Assembly (NCBI GenBank): GCA_976226885.1
Contig: OZ320316.1
Span: 78,244,001-78,308,000, forward strand
Direction: 5' to 3'
DNA from: Iphione sp. A-MEVVRFRX5
Taxonomy: Eukaryota
Length of the DNA stretch: 64,000 nucleotides
Both the position numbers and the translations under genes were made by a program. Positions 39,201 through 51,200 of the stretch are shown here, piece by piece. How positions within the stretch are numbered: the first letter of the stretch is position 1; each line of letters starts with the position of its first letter. The notes below the pieces were generated by a model that saw only the letters and a list, made by a program, of their open reading frames with translations, did no database searches and was not told the DNA's origin.

Positions 39201-42200
39201 TTTTCCTGTATTTAGCTACTCAGATATACGAAATATGCAGAATCCGAATCCGAACGGTGGTATTTCTTTAAAATTAGTTAATATTACACTCGAAATCCAA
39301 ATGCTCTGTCGATCGAGGTGAGAGTCGTTCAAAGGGTAGCGAATTGGAGGGGTACCAAGCTCGCCGCGGTCGACGGGGCCTCTCCGAAGGTGTCGATCGA
39401 GGTGAGAGCACCTCAAAGGGTAGCGAATTGGAGGGGTACCAAGCTCGCCCCCGTCGACGGGGCCTCTCCGACGGTGTCGATCGAGGTGACAGTCGCCCAA
39501 AGGGCTAGCAGGCAGCTCAGCCCAGTCGACGGGGCCTCTCAGAGGCTTCTGCGTCATCAAAGGTTAGCAAATTGGAGGGGTACCAAGCTCGCCGCGGTCC
39601 ATTATTTCAGGTTTAGATTAGATCCCATTCATTATATGATTTATTTAATTTTTATAGATATGCATGGTCAAAAGTCACTTTTTGGTTGTTTTCTCTCCAT
39701 TATTTCAGGTTTAGATTAGATCCCATTCATTATATGATTTATGTCATTCTTGTAGGGCCTGGGGCCCCCCCCTAGCTGTGAGAAATTGAAAGTGGCCTTA
39801 GGCCAGAATTCCAAATACGAATTATCCCAAATCCGAACGATTTTGGCGGAAACGGCGATCGTTCGGTTTTGGAATTCTCTCTGTATTAGCTGAAGATCAT
39901 GATATGGATCCAATTTACATGTGATATGGATAGGTCCAACAAGGTATGCCTGACGTTATTCTCTAATGCTTGTCTTCTTTCCTCAGCGTCAGACTGCAAT
40001 GTAAGACCTATAGGGCCCGAGTCTCTCTTCGGCTACGAGATTGTCAACGGGAAGCCCCACATCGGTCGGCCAGAGAGTGTCTTCCGGCTAGGGGATGGAG
40101 TGAATCCGCTACAGTACATGGGCGATAAGGAAGTGCGTGGTATTGCGTCCAGACAATGGTACTCCTGCGTTTACGATGCAGGATTCCGGGGCACTGCAAA
40201 GATGTATTGGGACTTCTCCAGTACGTAAGGAATAAGTCTTCGTAATATGGCAAAGGTTTCCTAAATAACGCTCGTTAAACAGTCGGTGTTGATCTGAAAT
40301 CCCCTTTCTGTACATGCAGACTGGTTTCAGTATAGTTAATCACCACTATCAGGAGATTCCCTGCCGCAATGCATGATAACCTGCCCCTAATGATTTCCAG
40401 TGGCTTTTTTCCATGTCATTAGATCCATCGAAATCATTCATGGGCCGGTTCAACAACACAGTACCACTCAGGGTTACAACCCAGGGAAAATTCACCAACG
40501 ATGCTGGACGCAGCATTGATTTCAACTTCGAATTTTCATTCGTTGATTTCCGACATGGTGAAGCACCCCCAGTTAGCAGATTCCAGGTGGGTACCACGCC
40601 GGCGAAACTCAAAATGCGGGAAATTGGGAAAATATCGAAAATAACAGAGACGTTAAAACACGTTAAATCATTAAAATTGTCACGTGAACAAAAACGGAGA
40701 ACCAAATCACTCTAATATGATAGAATACTTTTTAAGCCACTGATTCTATGGACAAATAGTATTTGCAATAGTCGTGTTAATTAACCGAGTAAAAGCGACA
40801 TATCACTCAAAGTATGGCTATAATTGAAATGTAAAAGGAAATTATGCTCATTTCCAGGTACCACGCGGTATTTATTGCTCCGGCATGAAAAAAGGAAGGG
40901 ATATACCTATACCACGACAAGCGTTTAGAATGAAACTAGAGACGGTAGAACCAACAGTGAAAGTATCCTCATTCATGAGCGTAAGTAAACTTAGATGGGG
41001 CAACAGTTTTTATTCAGCATTCATGCGGTACATATAGAACGGGTCCGCAACAGTCCGCACATACTATCTGAACACACAAGAAATTACATGTACATGCAAA
41101 TAATTATTCCGCCTTGGGGAAGGGTACGTAACCAGACGTAGGGTCGCCAGGGATCATTTCTACTCTGTCGATATGCATATATATACATGTACATGTATAT
41201 GTCACGTGATGCATGCAATATACCGACAGCTGGAAGGCTCGGGACATTGCCTGACCCTCAACCGTCTTCGATTACTTTCGCCACAAACACTACCATTTTA
41301 TCTGTCATGTGGGTGCACTCCATTCGTTTGCAGCAATGAAATTAAACAATTAAACAAAACTACCTTGTACTTTTCTTTGCAGCAGATAAAGTATAGATTT
41401 TTGTCCCATTTTTATTTGTCCTCCAATTTGTCGACTTTTGAAGAGAATCGCGCAAGTGGTCTGTCAATGCAAGGCTGTAGAAACATAGTGTCATTGATCT
41501 GCAAAGAAAAACAGGGAGCAACAGAAAGGAAACTTTCTTGTTGTTTCCCCTGGCTTTTTCATGCAAAGTACAAATGCACAAATAAAGAGAACAGTATAGA
41601 TGAAATGTGGATAGATTTGTCTTTCACCATGCTCTGTGCGGCTTATACATAGACCCCAAAGTTTAAATGATACACAATATATTAGTTTTGAGCTGTTCGA
41701 TGTCTCGCCTTTCTTCATTGTGCAAAGGTATCAGCAACTCCGTATGCTACTTGAGTTTTCTGTCGGAAGTTTCATCTCCGTAGTGTTGTATCCTAGATCT
41801 TCTTTGTATTAACGATCATTTCTTTATTTTTTGTCCATGTCTCCTGCTTTTCTATCTATTTTTCAGAACTGTTGTTTACACGAATAGCTGCATCCAACCC
41901 TTTTAGGTTTTAAGGCTAAATTTCATCTGGGCATGTTTTAGCAGGTGTGTTGGCATGTTTCTGGCATGTTTTTTGGTAAATATCTAAATACACACGTGTG
42001 TTTCCATTTAAGAATACGCCGTGTTGCATGTTTTCACAGGAATGTAGCTGTGTTTTCAAAATGGAAAATGTTCCATTTTTCATAGTGACGTGCTGCGTGT
42101 TCTATATATTTACAGATAAAGTAAGATTAAAAAATCATGTTACCTGTGATTTATGTAAAAAAAGAATATATTACCACACATTTATAGCAAATTACCACAG

Positions 42201-45200
42201 ATTTAATCACCTAATTCCCCATTTTTGGCCGAATTTTCATGAAATTCGCCATTTTTCAGCTGTTTCCATGTAATTTGACATTTTTCAGCGAAATTTCCAT
42301 GTAATTCACTATTTTGGGCTGAGTTGTGAAATGTGCTGTTTCCCACGGTTCTTTGGCCATGTTTGCCTGATATTTGCCTCATTTCAGTTAAAGTTGCCTG
42401 GCTTTTGGCTTATTTCCACTGAAATACAGTAGATATGCAGCAGACAAACATGGCATGCATGTTACCCTACCACCATGAATGATGCTTATACAGTGGTTAT
42501 CGGATTAACTTCCACGCCTGAGGAAATTTGTCTCATAATAACATAAGCATGTTGGAAATTTAGCCTACAGCAGTATTATTCTTAACTACCAATACAAGGG
42601 ATAGGAGTAGCAGTGGTGTGGGTACAAGTTCTTGTTTGATAATTACAACAAACAGTAGCGACCTGCATAATGGGCAACTTGACTAGAAGGGCAACCCATA
42701 TTTAAGGGCACATTTGCTTGGTCCCAATGATGGTGTCTGTATATTTTAATTTTTCAGAAAAGAGACCACCTCACAGATACAGGCAAATCTGAGGGGTCCC
42801 ACAGGTGGTTGCATTGTCGAGTTGCTACTGTACATGTATATTAAAAGTGTAGGCATTAACAATGTGTGAAATTGCAAGTGACAAATACATGTATACACAT
42901 TAGACTATCTAGAGTATTTTTCAAAAATGAGCATAATATAGCAAATTTGGGTCAGACATTTTATCAAAAATGTTATTTCGTAGCTTTCTAATGAAGTATA
43001 GCATGTCTTCCTACCAAAACTAGGCAAAATATGGTGATGTCACAAAGTTATGCAGTATTGCCTATGCAGTCGGATATTTCTTACTTCTCAATTTTCCTGA
43101 AACTCAACATAGTCTACCTACACTACCTAAACTACAAAATACCAAAGAATCATGCATTTTGAGACAAAATATTTTATCAATGCCAGCCTCTAAAAATGTG
43201 AAAAATCACACCTTGGAATGGCAACTTAACCTAGAAAGGCAAGCACATAGTATCACAGTTCCTCCATCTAGAAGCTTACAAACAGCTGTAGGTTGACCCT
43301 GGTCTTGAAAAATAGTCTGTGTAAGTACTTATGATTATGTTGGGATGATTAAAAGCATAGTATCAGAGGTTATAATAAAATAATGATAATTATGAACTGT
43401 CTTGAACAAAGTCTTTGTACAAATTATGAAACAACTACTTGTGGTTTTTAATCAACATATCTATGGTGTGATTAACATTGTTATTGAATATTCAGTTGTG
43501 ACTTATACATAATAAATTGCTCTATTGATTAAATTTCTATTTAATCAGTTTTGTAATACAGGTGTTTGGAAGAGTACCAAAGGCAATTTCGCAAGACCTT
43601 GGAACATGTTAGATCCTAATGTTCAGAAATGTTTGTAACAGTGACTAACTTTCATCTAGTGGAAAGTCTTCCACTTCCAAGTAAAACATTTATCAAGTAC
43701 ATAAGTTCTTTTGTGAGGGCTCTTGGTGATTTTTGATATACTTTATGTCCTAAAAGCCCTTACTTTTTTAAGACACGTCATCTATGAGTTTAACGATAAT
43801 AAAGACATCAACTGGTCTGGATGGAAGGTTATGTTTGACATTTTGATCAGGTTTCTTCTTTAGTGTGACTGTTTCCAACGTCTTTATAAGTTTTGGGTCT
43901 AAACTTCAGGCACCTTTTCCCTTTTTGTCCATTTCTCTATTTACTGATGAAGAGATATTATATTGTTCGTTTTATTTAGCCCCATTTAATATTGCATTAA
44001 TCAAATGCCAGTATTTCTTTGTGTTAGATTCACATTCCACCAATCTTCTTTTGAAATGCATTTGCTTGCTTTGTTTTAGGGACTTTGTTTGGATAACATG
44101 TTAGCCACAAAGCAGTCGTAGGTAAAAGAATTATTCTTGCAGGCCTCTTTAATAAGCATGGTTTCTCTCCCTGATCTCTTTTCGAATTTCTCTTAGTGAC
44201 CCATTGCACTGTTTTTGTGGGATAGTGGTTTTTGTCTTCAAATAGAGTTGTAGGATATTGATTGGATCGTGGGTTGAGATGATTATCCTGACATCGCTTT
44301 TAATACTGCGGTTTTTACTACATCATTACACCTGATGCGCAGTTTTTTAAACTAGGCTTGTGTTATGTCCAATGGAAGCACTTAGTATATATATACATGT
44401 TATTATTTTTTCATCCTGCATTAATTTGACGGTTGACGATGTATTGTAGTCAATGCTGTACATCACCCAGTCTCACGACTCTACAGGATTGATGCTTTTG
44501 GGACCTTTACTGTTTCTTTAGCCTTTCTCTGATCTGTCTCCAATTTCGTACAAATTAAGAAATCATTAAGATGAAAGCAGATGTTCAAATTAGTATGTGC
44601 AAAATCATAGAAGCAGGCCAGTCTGAATTCTAGCGGAGGTGATCTGGGGCGCCTTTACCTGCTGTAACCACTTATAAGTACTGCTTGCTTTCTGTTATTA
44701 CATCTCAAAACTAAGCTTTTTTTGGAAAGTCATGAGCTATGTAATGCACGCAATTTAAATCTGTCTTTTCCTTGACTTTTCCGGTGTCCTCCATGACGCA
44801 TACTTAAGCCGTTGCAAGTGATGTTTAATGCGCTAGGGTATTGCCTCTGGTTCGGCTGTCTCCTGCCTGCTGTCTACCAAACAGTGCAGTACCTGCAATA
44901 AACACTCATTTTTGTTTCACATGAATTGCTCAACATTGTACTTCCAGTTGTTTTTTTTCAAAGCCTTTTTTCTGCTGCAAAGTTAGTGCATATATTGTGT
45001 AGTTTACGTCCGGAATGTCTGTCAACCAATCCACATGGCTTAAGAATACTTTGAAGAGGTAGCCCCTGACATGGTAGTTGTAGGAGTCAGATGGTAGTGA
45101 GAGATGGTTTTCCGGTCAGTAGGTTTGGTGTTCTGCAGTGACAGGTGCAGAAGGTGCAGTCGGGGAAAGAGTTGGGCTAGAAAATATAAAGGGAAACCAG

Positions 45201-48200
45201 CCTTGCATTTCTTTGATATACTCTTATACAGTCGAAAGCCTATTTGCAACCACATCGATTTGTGACCATTCTCTATTTGTGACAATGAGAGGTGGGTACC
45301 AAAATCCTGATATGTATATATTTGAACCCCTATTTGCAACCAAATCTGCTAATGTGACCACTTGAGCTTGGGTCCCAAGTAATGATCACAAATAAGTTTC
45401 GACTATATAATGTTGTTCACAAATATTGTTTCCCTTTTCAACTGATTCCTGCTGAAGGATTCTACATTGGTAGTGCCTATTCTTGTTATAATTATATCTT
45501 TTTTGTTTTCTCACAACTATACTGGAAATTTATTAACCTAGTTGGTCTATTTTGCACATGATTTTAAACCTTATTTATATAATTCTGTATCTCTTAAATG
45601 GGAAAGATTAATTAACTAGGATATATGTGATGCTTAAATGAACATGGTGAACAGGTTTCTCCTGACAAGGTTTCAGAGGATAGGTACAATGTATTAATGT
45701 TAGTGGATATAAATATGTATACGCATGTACAGTAGCAACTCACCTTGAGGGCAACTCAGCTAAGAGGGCAACTCATGAATAAGGACAATTTTTTGGTCCC
45801 ATAGGTATATTTTATACAATATAACAACTCAGGTAGGAGAGCAACTCGCAGTTAAGGGCAGTTTTGTCTGGTCCCATTGGTGGTCTTAATTCTGAGCTGC
45901 TACTGAAAATATATCGTTGGCTTCCACCAAAGTAAAGACGACTTGGAATACGTTTTGATGGTTGTTTATTGCAAAATGGTAGAAGAGCAATTACAAAAAT
46001 TCTTTGCAACTCACACATATTTATACTGACAGTTCCCACACTCCACTAGTCTAGTTCCCTCCCTCTGCACATAACCCCTCTGATAAATTACCCTCCACTA
46101 TTTCCCTCTGTGGTCCTCTGCCCAACAATATGTATCTATGTGTGTACATGTAAATGTAAGCATATACTGACCCTCGTGGCAATTGACACATCACTGTGTG
46201 ACAGGATGACATGTTTTACAGTCATGATACCTGTCAATCAAAGTGTTCCATAGCCAATGACGTTATGGTATTTTGTCACATGACTTGTGTAACCAATCAA
46301 TGCAGACAACATTTGAGCAACACTGTCACTTGTGTGTGACCGTATTATAATTATGACTGTCACATATTATGTGGTTATGTTAATGTATAGACATTATATC
46401 CATTGAGAACATGCTGAAGCATCTATATAATTTCAAAGTCTATGAGAAAGTGCAGTACACTAATACTATAACTAGAAACCTCTTTTTTTAATATTGTACG
46501 TGACCGTAATGAAAGTATAACTGTCACATTGTGATGAGTGGGCATGGCTACATGACAGTATGGCGATGTGTCGATTGCAAAGTGTTATTTTCACTAATAA
46601 CATTTTCCACCTATGCATTACTTTTAGGAGTGGTACGACTACCAATGGAAACTCGTCCGCTTCGACTATAAACCTGTATTCGGAGGCAAATGGGGTTTTA
46701 ATCCTGTTCGACAGGTGCACGACTTCAATACAGGTGAGACTCTTTAAGAAAACGAATTCGTTTCACCACGCTTTAATGCGACATATCAGACTGCTACTGT
46801 CGTCAGACCCCGCCTGTTACTGTCTTCTCATCTTTGCACTTATAATACAAGAAATTATATTTTGGAATTAGGTGTTGCATATGTGATTGACAAGGAGCTG
46901 GGTAACTGCACGGCCCTTCCCATCAGCCAGTCAAGTACAGATGCTGGAAGGAATGAGAAGGACAGAAATCTCGTCCGGATAAAGACAGTTTCTGAACTTT
47001 TCTTCTTGAACGCCAAGTATACGTACATTGGGCAGGTATGGAATGCTAGGAGAGTAGTAGCATCTATTTAACCTCAGACTAGTCTCCGTTTCATACATCT
47101 ATATCTTATCAGTGTGCCTGCTTCCGCGTAAAACTTCCTTTCGACAAAGCCATTTCTTTGCTAAATCGAGAGAACTTAAATCAAGAGATAACGGTGTTAA
47201 AAGACCTACGCGATTGAATAGTGTAGCGTATGAGGAAGACTGGAAGTCTTCAGCCAGTTGCAGAATACTATTATATATCACACATATCATATCTATTCAT
47301 TAGATAATCACAATGTAGTACATCTGATTCTTTTACATCGACAGTAAATACCATAATAAAACACTTGGTGAGTTATGCATGCTGCAGCAGTATCGAAATA
47401 GCATACTGAAAAAACATATGTGTGTGAGTGATTTGTGGCACCAAGATTTATAGACATGTCTTTGGCCTGTACTGTGTGCAGAAAGCATGGAAGCATTATG
47501 GAAAAGCTGTCGGAAATTGCCTCGGATTCAAACACCCAACAGAAAGGTCAATTGCTGTAGGACAAAAGACGTCCCTTGCAAATGAAAGGAGACCACTCGA
47601 ATCAGATTGGTCGGCATTAAGTAATTTACTGACGTGAAATGATAATTGCCAATTCCAGTCGAAATGTTCTGTCGCCCACTTTTAACCTTGAGATGGTGCG
47701 GGACGAACGCTACGAAACGTACAGTACTGTGTATGTTCCAGAGAATCGTGCGCGGGATCAAATGTGACACTTGGAACGCCCTCATCCGTCGCCCAAAGTA
47801 TAACTCTACTTACATTTATGAATGGCACTTTGCCTCCGTAAGTTTCCAACTGACAGTATTTGTATATGAAATGTCCAAAAGTTTTTACGGTTTTGTGTTT
47901 ATGCTATAAAGTTTTACGCTTTATCTCCTCCCATAAAGTACTTAAAACTGGCTCACTTCAATTCACTTACGATTTTTAAGCCTGTGAAGGCATTGTGCTT
48001 CAAATAGAAAAGAGCCGTCGTTCTGGGCAGGGAGACCATGAAAAAAATGCACTGTAGTTACTCAAGGTTCCAGTCCTTTTAGGATGGCATGTCCCATTCA
48101 GTTTCGTCCTGATATTCATAATTGATTGAATAATTCCACTCGCACTTATGGGGAAGTTTATTTGTTTAAAACGTTTGATTATTTGATAAAACCTACAAAC

Positions 48201-51200
48201 ATAAATCTCCTGGTAAAAGCCACCTCCATGCTGCTTAACTGGATATTTTATGTGTGCTTTCCGCAGTCGGAATGGGCGGACGGCAGCACTGGTGCCAGGA
48301 TTCAGCAGGGAGCACCGGTCATGTTGGAAACGATTATACAAGAGGTGAGTTCGTACTCACCGTTCGCGTGGCTGACAAACATGTGTAAACACTAGGGTAG
48401 CATCAAATCAAGCAGAGAAGGTATCCAGAGAAATGCATACATAACATTTGAAATTGCATTGAGAACATGATCCCTGTCCGTGCTGTTGGGGCGTCAGGGA
48501 ATTTGACCGTAGTAGGAAGGGCTGCACGTTTTTGTCAGAAGATTTTCCCCTGACCCTAATGGAAGCGACAATTCATATCATGACTTTTAGCGAAGTCCAC
48601 GAGTATGAAATTACTTTAGACATGCTGCCATGGATGTTTTTTGCTTTATTTTCATTTGGGTGTGGCGTAGTTTTCTTTGGCAAGAAAAAATTATGCTTTA
48701 TGTGAATTAGTTGAGGTTGTACCCGAGTTCTGCTCCTTAGTTGAGGTTGCACCAGAGTTCTGCTCCAGAAACGTCCTGCTCCACAAGTATCTAAGATAAT
48801 GGTACTGACTGACTATTAAATTATTTTATTTCTAATTCTCTCCAGAATTGTCCATGCACTTTACTGTATTTTTCACTGGTCTGACCATTAGATTTTATTA
48901 ACATGTATCCATTCCTTTCCATGTGTACCTGTAGTATGAATTCCCATCCATCTATCACGTATTTGACTACGTTGAAGAGAGACCTGATTTTGGAGCATAC
49001 CGGATCGGTAAATGCTACGCTAACCTACGCAGAATCGATTATCGATTTGATCTAGCCGGTAAGTCCATGAAGGGTATATTTTTTTCTTTCCTTTCTAAAT
49101 GGAAACCAAATATGCACGTCTTCAGCTGGCGCGATGATAATTTCACGCAACCTCAGCCGGAAAAATTCTAAGCGGTCTCTGACAGTAAGTGTACAGTCTT
49201 TCCCGTATTTCGGCTCCTCAACAACCGGATTCCCTCATTTTCTTGAATAAAAACAATGTGGTCCGAGATCACAAATCAATGTAGTTTCCCTGAACAACCG
49301 GATTCTACAGTGACAGAAAACACCTGTTGATGAGATTTGACTGTCGATGAATAATTGTTATTAATAATTATGTAATCAATAATGTTATTAACCTACTTAC
49401 ATGCGTACACATAACTGTGTGCAAGCACACAATGCATCCATAAATAGACCCCCTGAGGGCTGTACGTTTTTTGCTCAAACGAACTGTTCAGTAACTAAAT
49501 GTTTATGGAAGGACTTTATTGCCACTTTTCAATTATTGTTTCTGCACTACTCTTAGCTGTAGAAGCAAGTAAAATATGAAGCATGACAATGCCTGAAATT
49601 TTCAATGATTTTAAAGTGACTTCGATGTTGTTTCTCAATTGCTCTGTGGGAATTAACCCACCCTCCTGGTTGTCTTTGTTCTGGGGTGGCCCAAACCGAG
49701 GTTTTATTGCAGGCCCGTGACCAGGACGTTTTCTGGGGGGTATCGGATGATACCCCATAGGTGGAACTAATTTTGTTCTTACCTCTATGAAAGCCTGTTG
49801 GCATTACTGTTTTGGGAGGTATCGGATGATACTCTCTATACCCCCTTGGCTACGGGCCTGTATTGTACATCATATTCATCTCTATATCAGTGCATACACA
49901 TAAATATCTAACGCCACAGCTAATTATTGGATCACCAAGTTCCTCAACATACACAGACAGGGACTTGGAAATCGTTTTATCCAAACCAAGTTGGATTAAT
50001 CTTTCAACACCTACGAGCTTGTAGTTATACACATATACGCAGAGCCACCATTTCTTAGCAAAATGGGGCGGTTAAGCATTACAGCAGTTAATCCAATCAG
50101 TCAGCTCTTTACTTGTAGTTCCATTCATCGTGATTTTTCTACATGCTCCTCAGGTCCTTATAGCAGGATAGCAGGACCGAATCCAAATATATTCAAGTAT
50201 GATGTCAGGGCTACAGTTATGAGTAAAGCTGGCGGAATATCACCTCTTCGAGTTAACGATATACAGGTAAGTAACATATTTATAAATGGCGTTAAACACT
50301 AACAGTGATTTCCTATTTACAGCAAACAAATAGTGTGAATAAACTTAAGAATTACGATGTATATTTCACATTGAAACTCATTTTCCTGCTGTTTTCTGAG
50401 ACTTTGTAGTTTACAGGAAACTTCAGTCCATGCGGTATTGTCTACATGAGAGTTGACTGTATTTCCAGGTTTCCTCGGAGAACAGTGGCCAACAAATTAG
50501 AATACAGTTCAATCTACTCGATGTGGCACCTGTGAAGGGCAGTGTAGCCAATGCCGATCCTGAGGTCACTTTAGAAGCTGCCAGTGCATCACTCAATAAT
50601 GCCATCCGCAATAATCAGTTCATCGTTTATTGGAAGCCAGACGATACAACCGTGAGCAATCTCACCAATTCATTAAATATCTTTTCTCGTTGCACTTTGG
50701 ATAAAAGCAATATATATGTAGATGCTAACATTATATGGTTTTATGTACCACGTAACTTTCGTTTCGTTGGTACTAGAAATATTTTTGTAAGGTGCAACCA
50801 ATCATTTAAACCTCCATAAGAGAACTCACTTATTCCAGTGTTTCCTGATATGATCAAACAAAGGATGGCAGTCAGCACTCACCATCATTTAAAAATGTAA
50901 GTTATCAGTGTGAAGCAAGAAACCTCCTTTGCGCTCTTTCGAAATCTTCATTTCAGACGCTCGAATTGCCAGCCATTCCTGGAAGTCTTACTGTATCGGG
51001 AATACAATATGGTCAGATTCCGTCTAAGACAAAGGCAACAGGCTATTCATCAGGTGAGTCTCCGGGTATCCACACAGAACACTCAAGAGGAAAATGTTTC
51101 ACATAAAAGAATGAACAGTGCTATCCTGGCTTGTTTAAGATGTACATGTAAAATACGTAAACAAATGTTTGACACATAGTTGGATAACAGCGCAATAGTT

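Noticed and set aside
39216-39719. ORFs with 28-aa repeats
   Set aside because: By-product of the 84-bp tandem repeat inside a TIR element; no splice or homology support.
40401-40422. Alternative exon 5 acceptor at 40400 and exon 4 donor at 40225
   Set aside because: Their phases (0 and 2) do not match each other or the neighbouring exons; 40220/40423 gives a continuous frame.
43560-44330. Penelope-like element relic on the minus strand
   Set aside because: Only vague similarity (NLPSRP..KG.F); no RT, GIY-YIG or hammerhead motif found.
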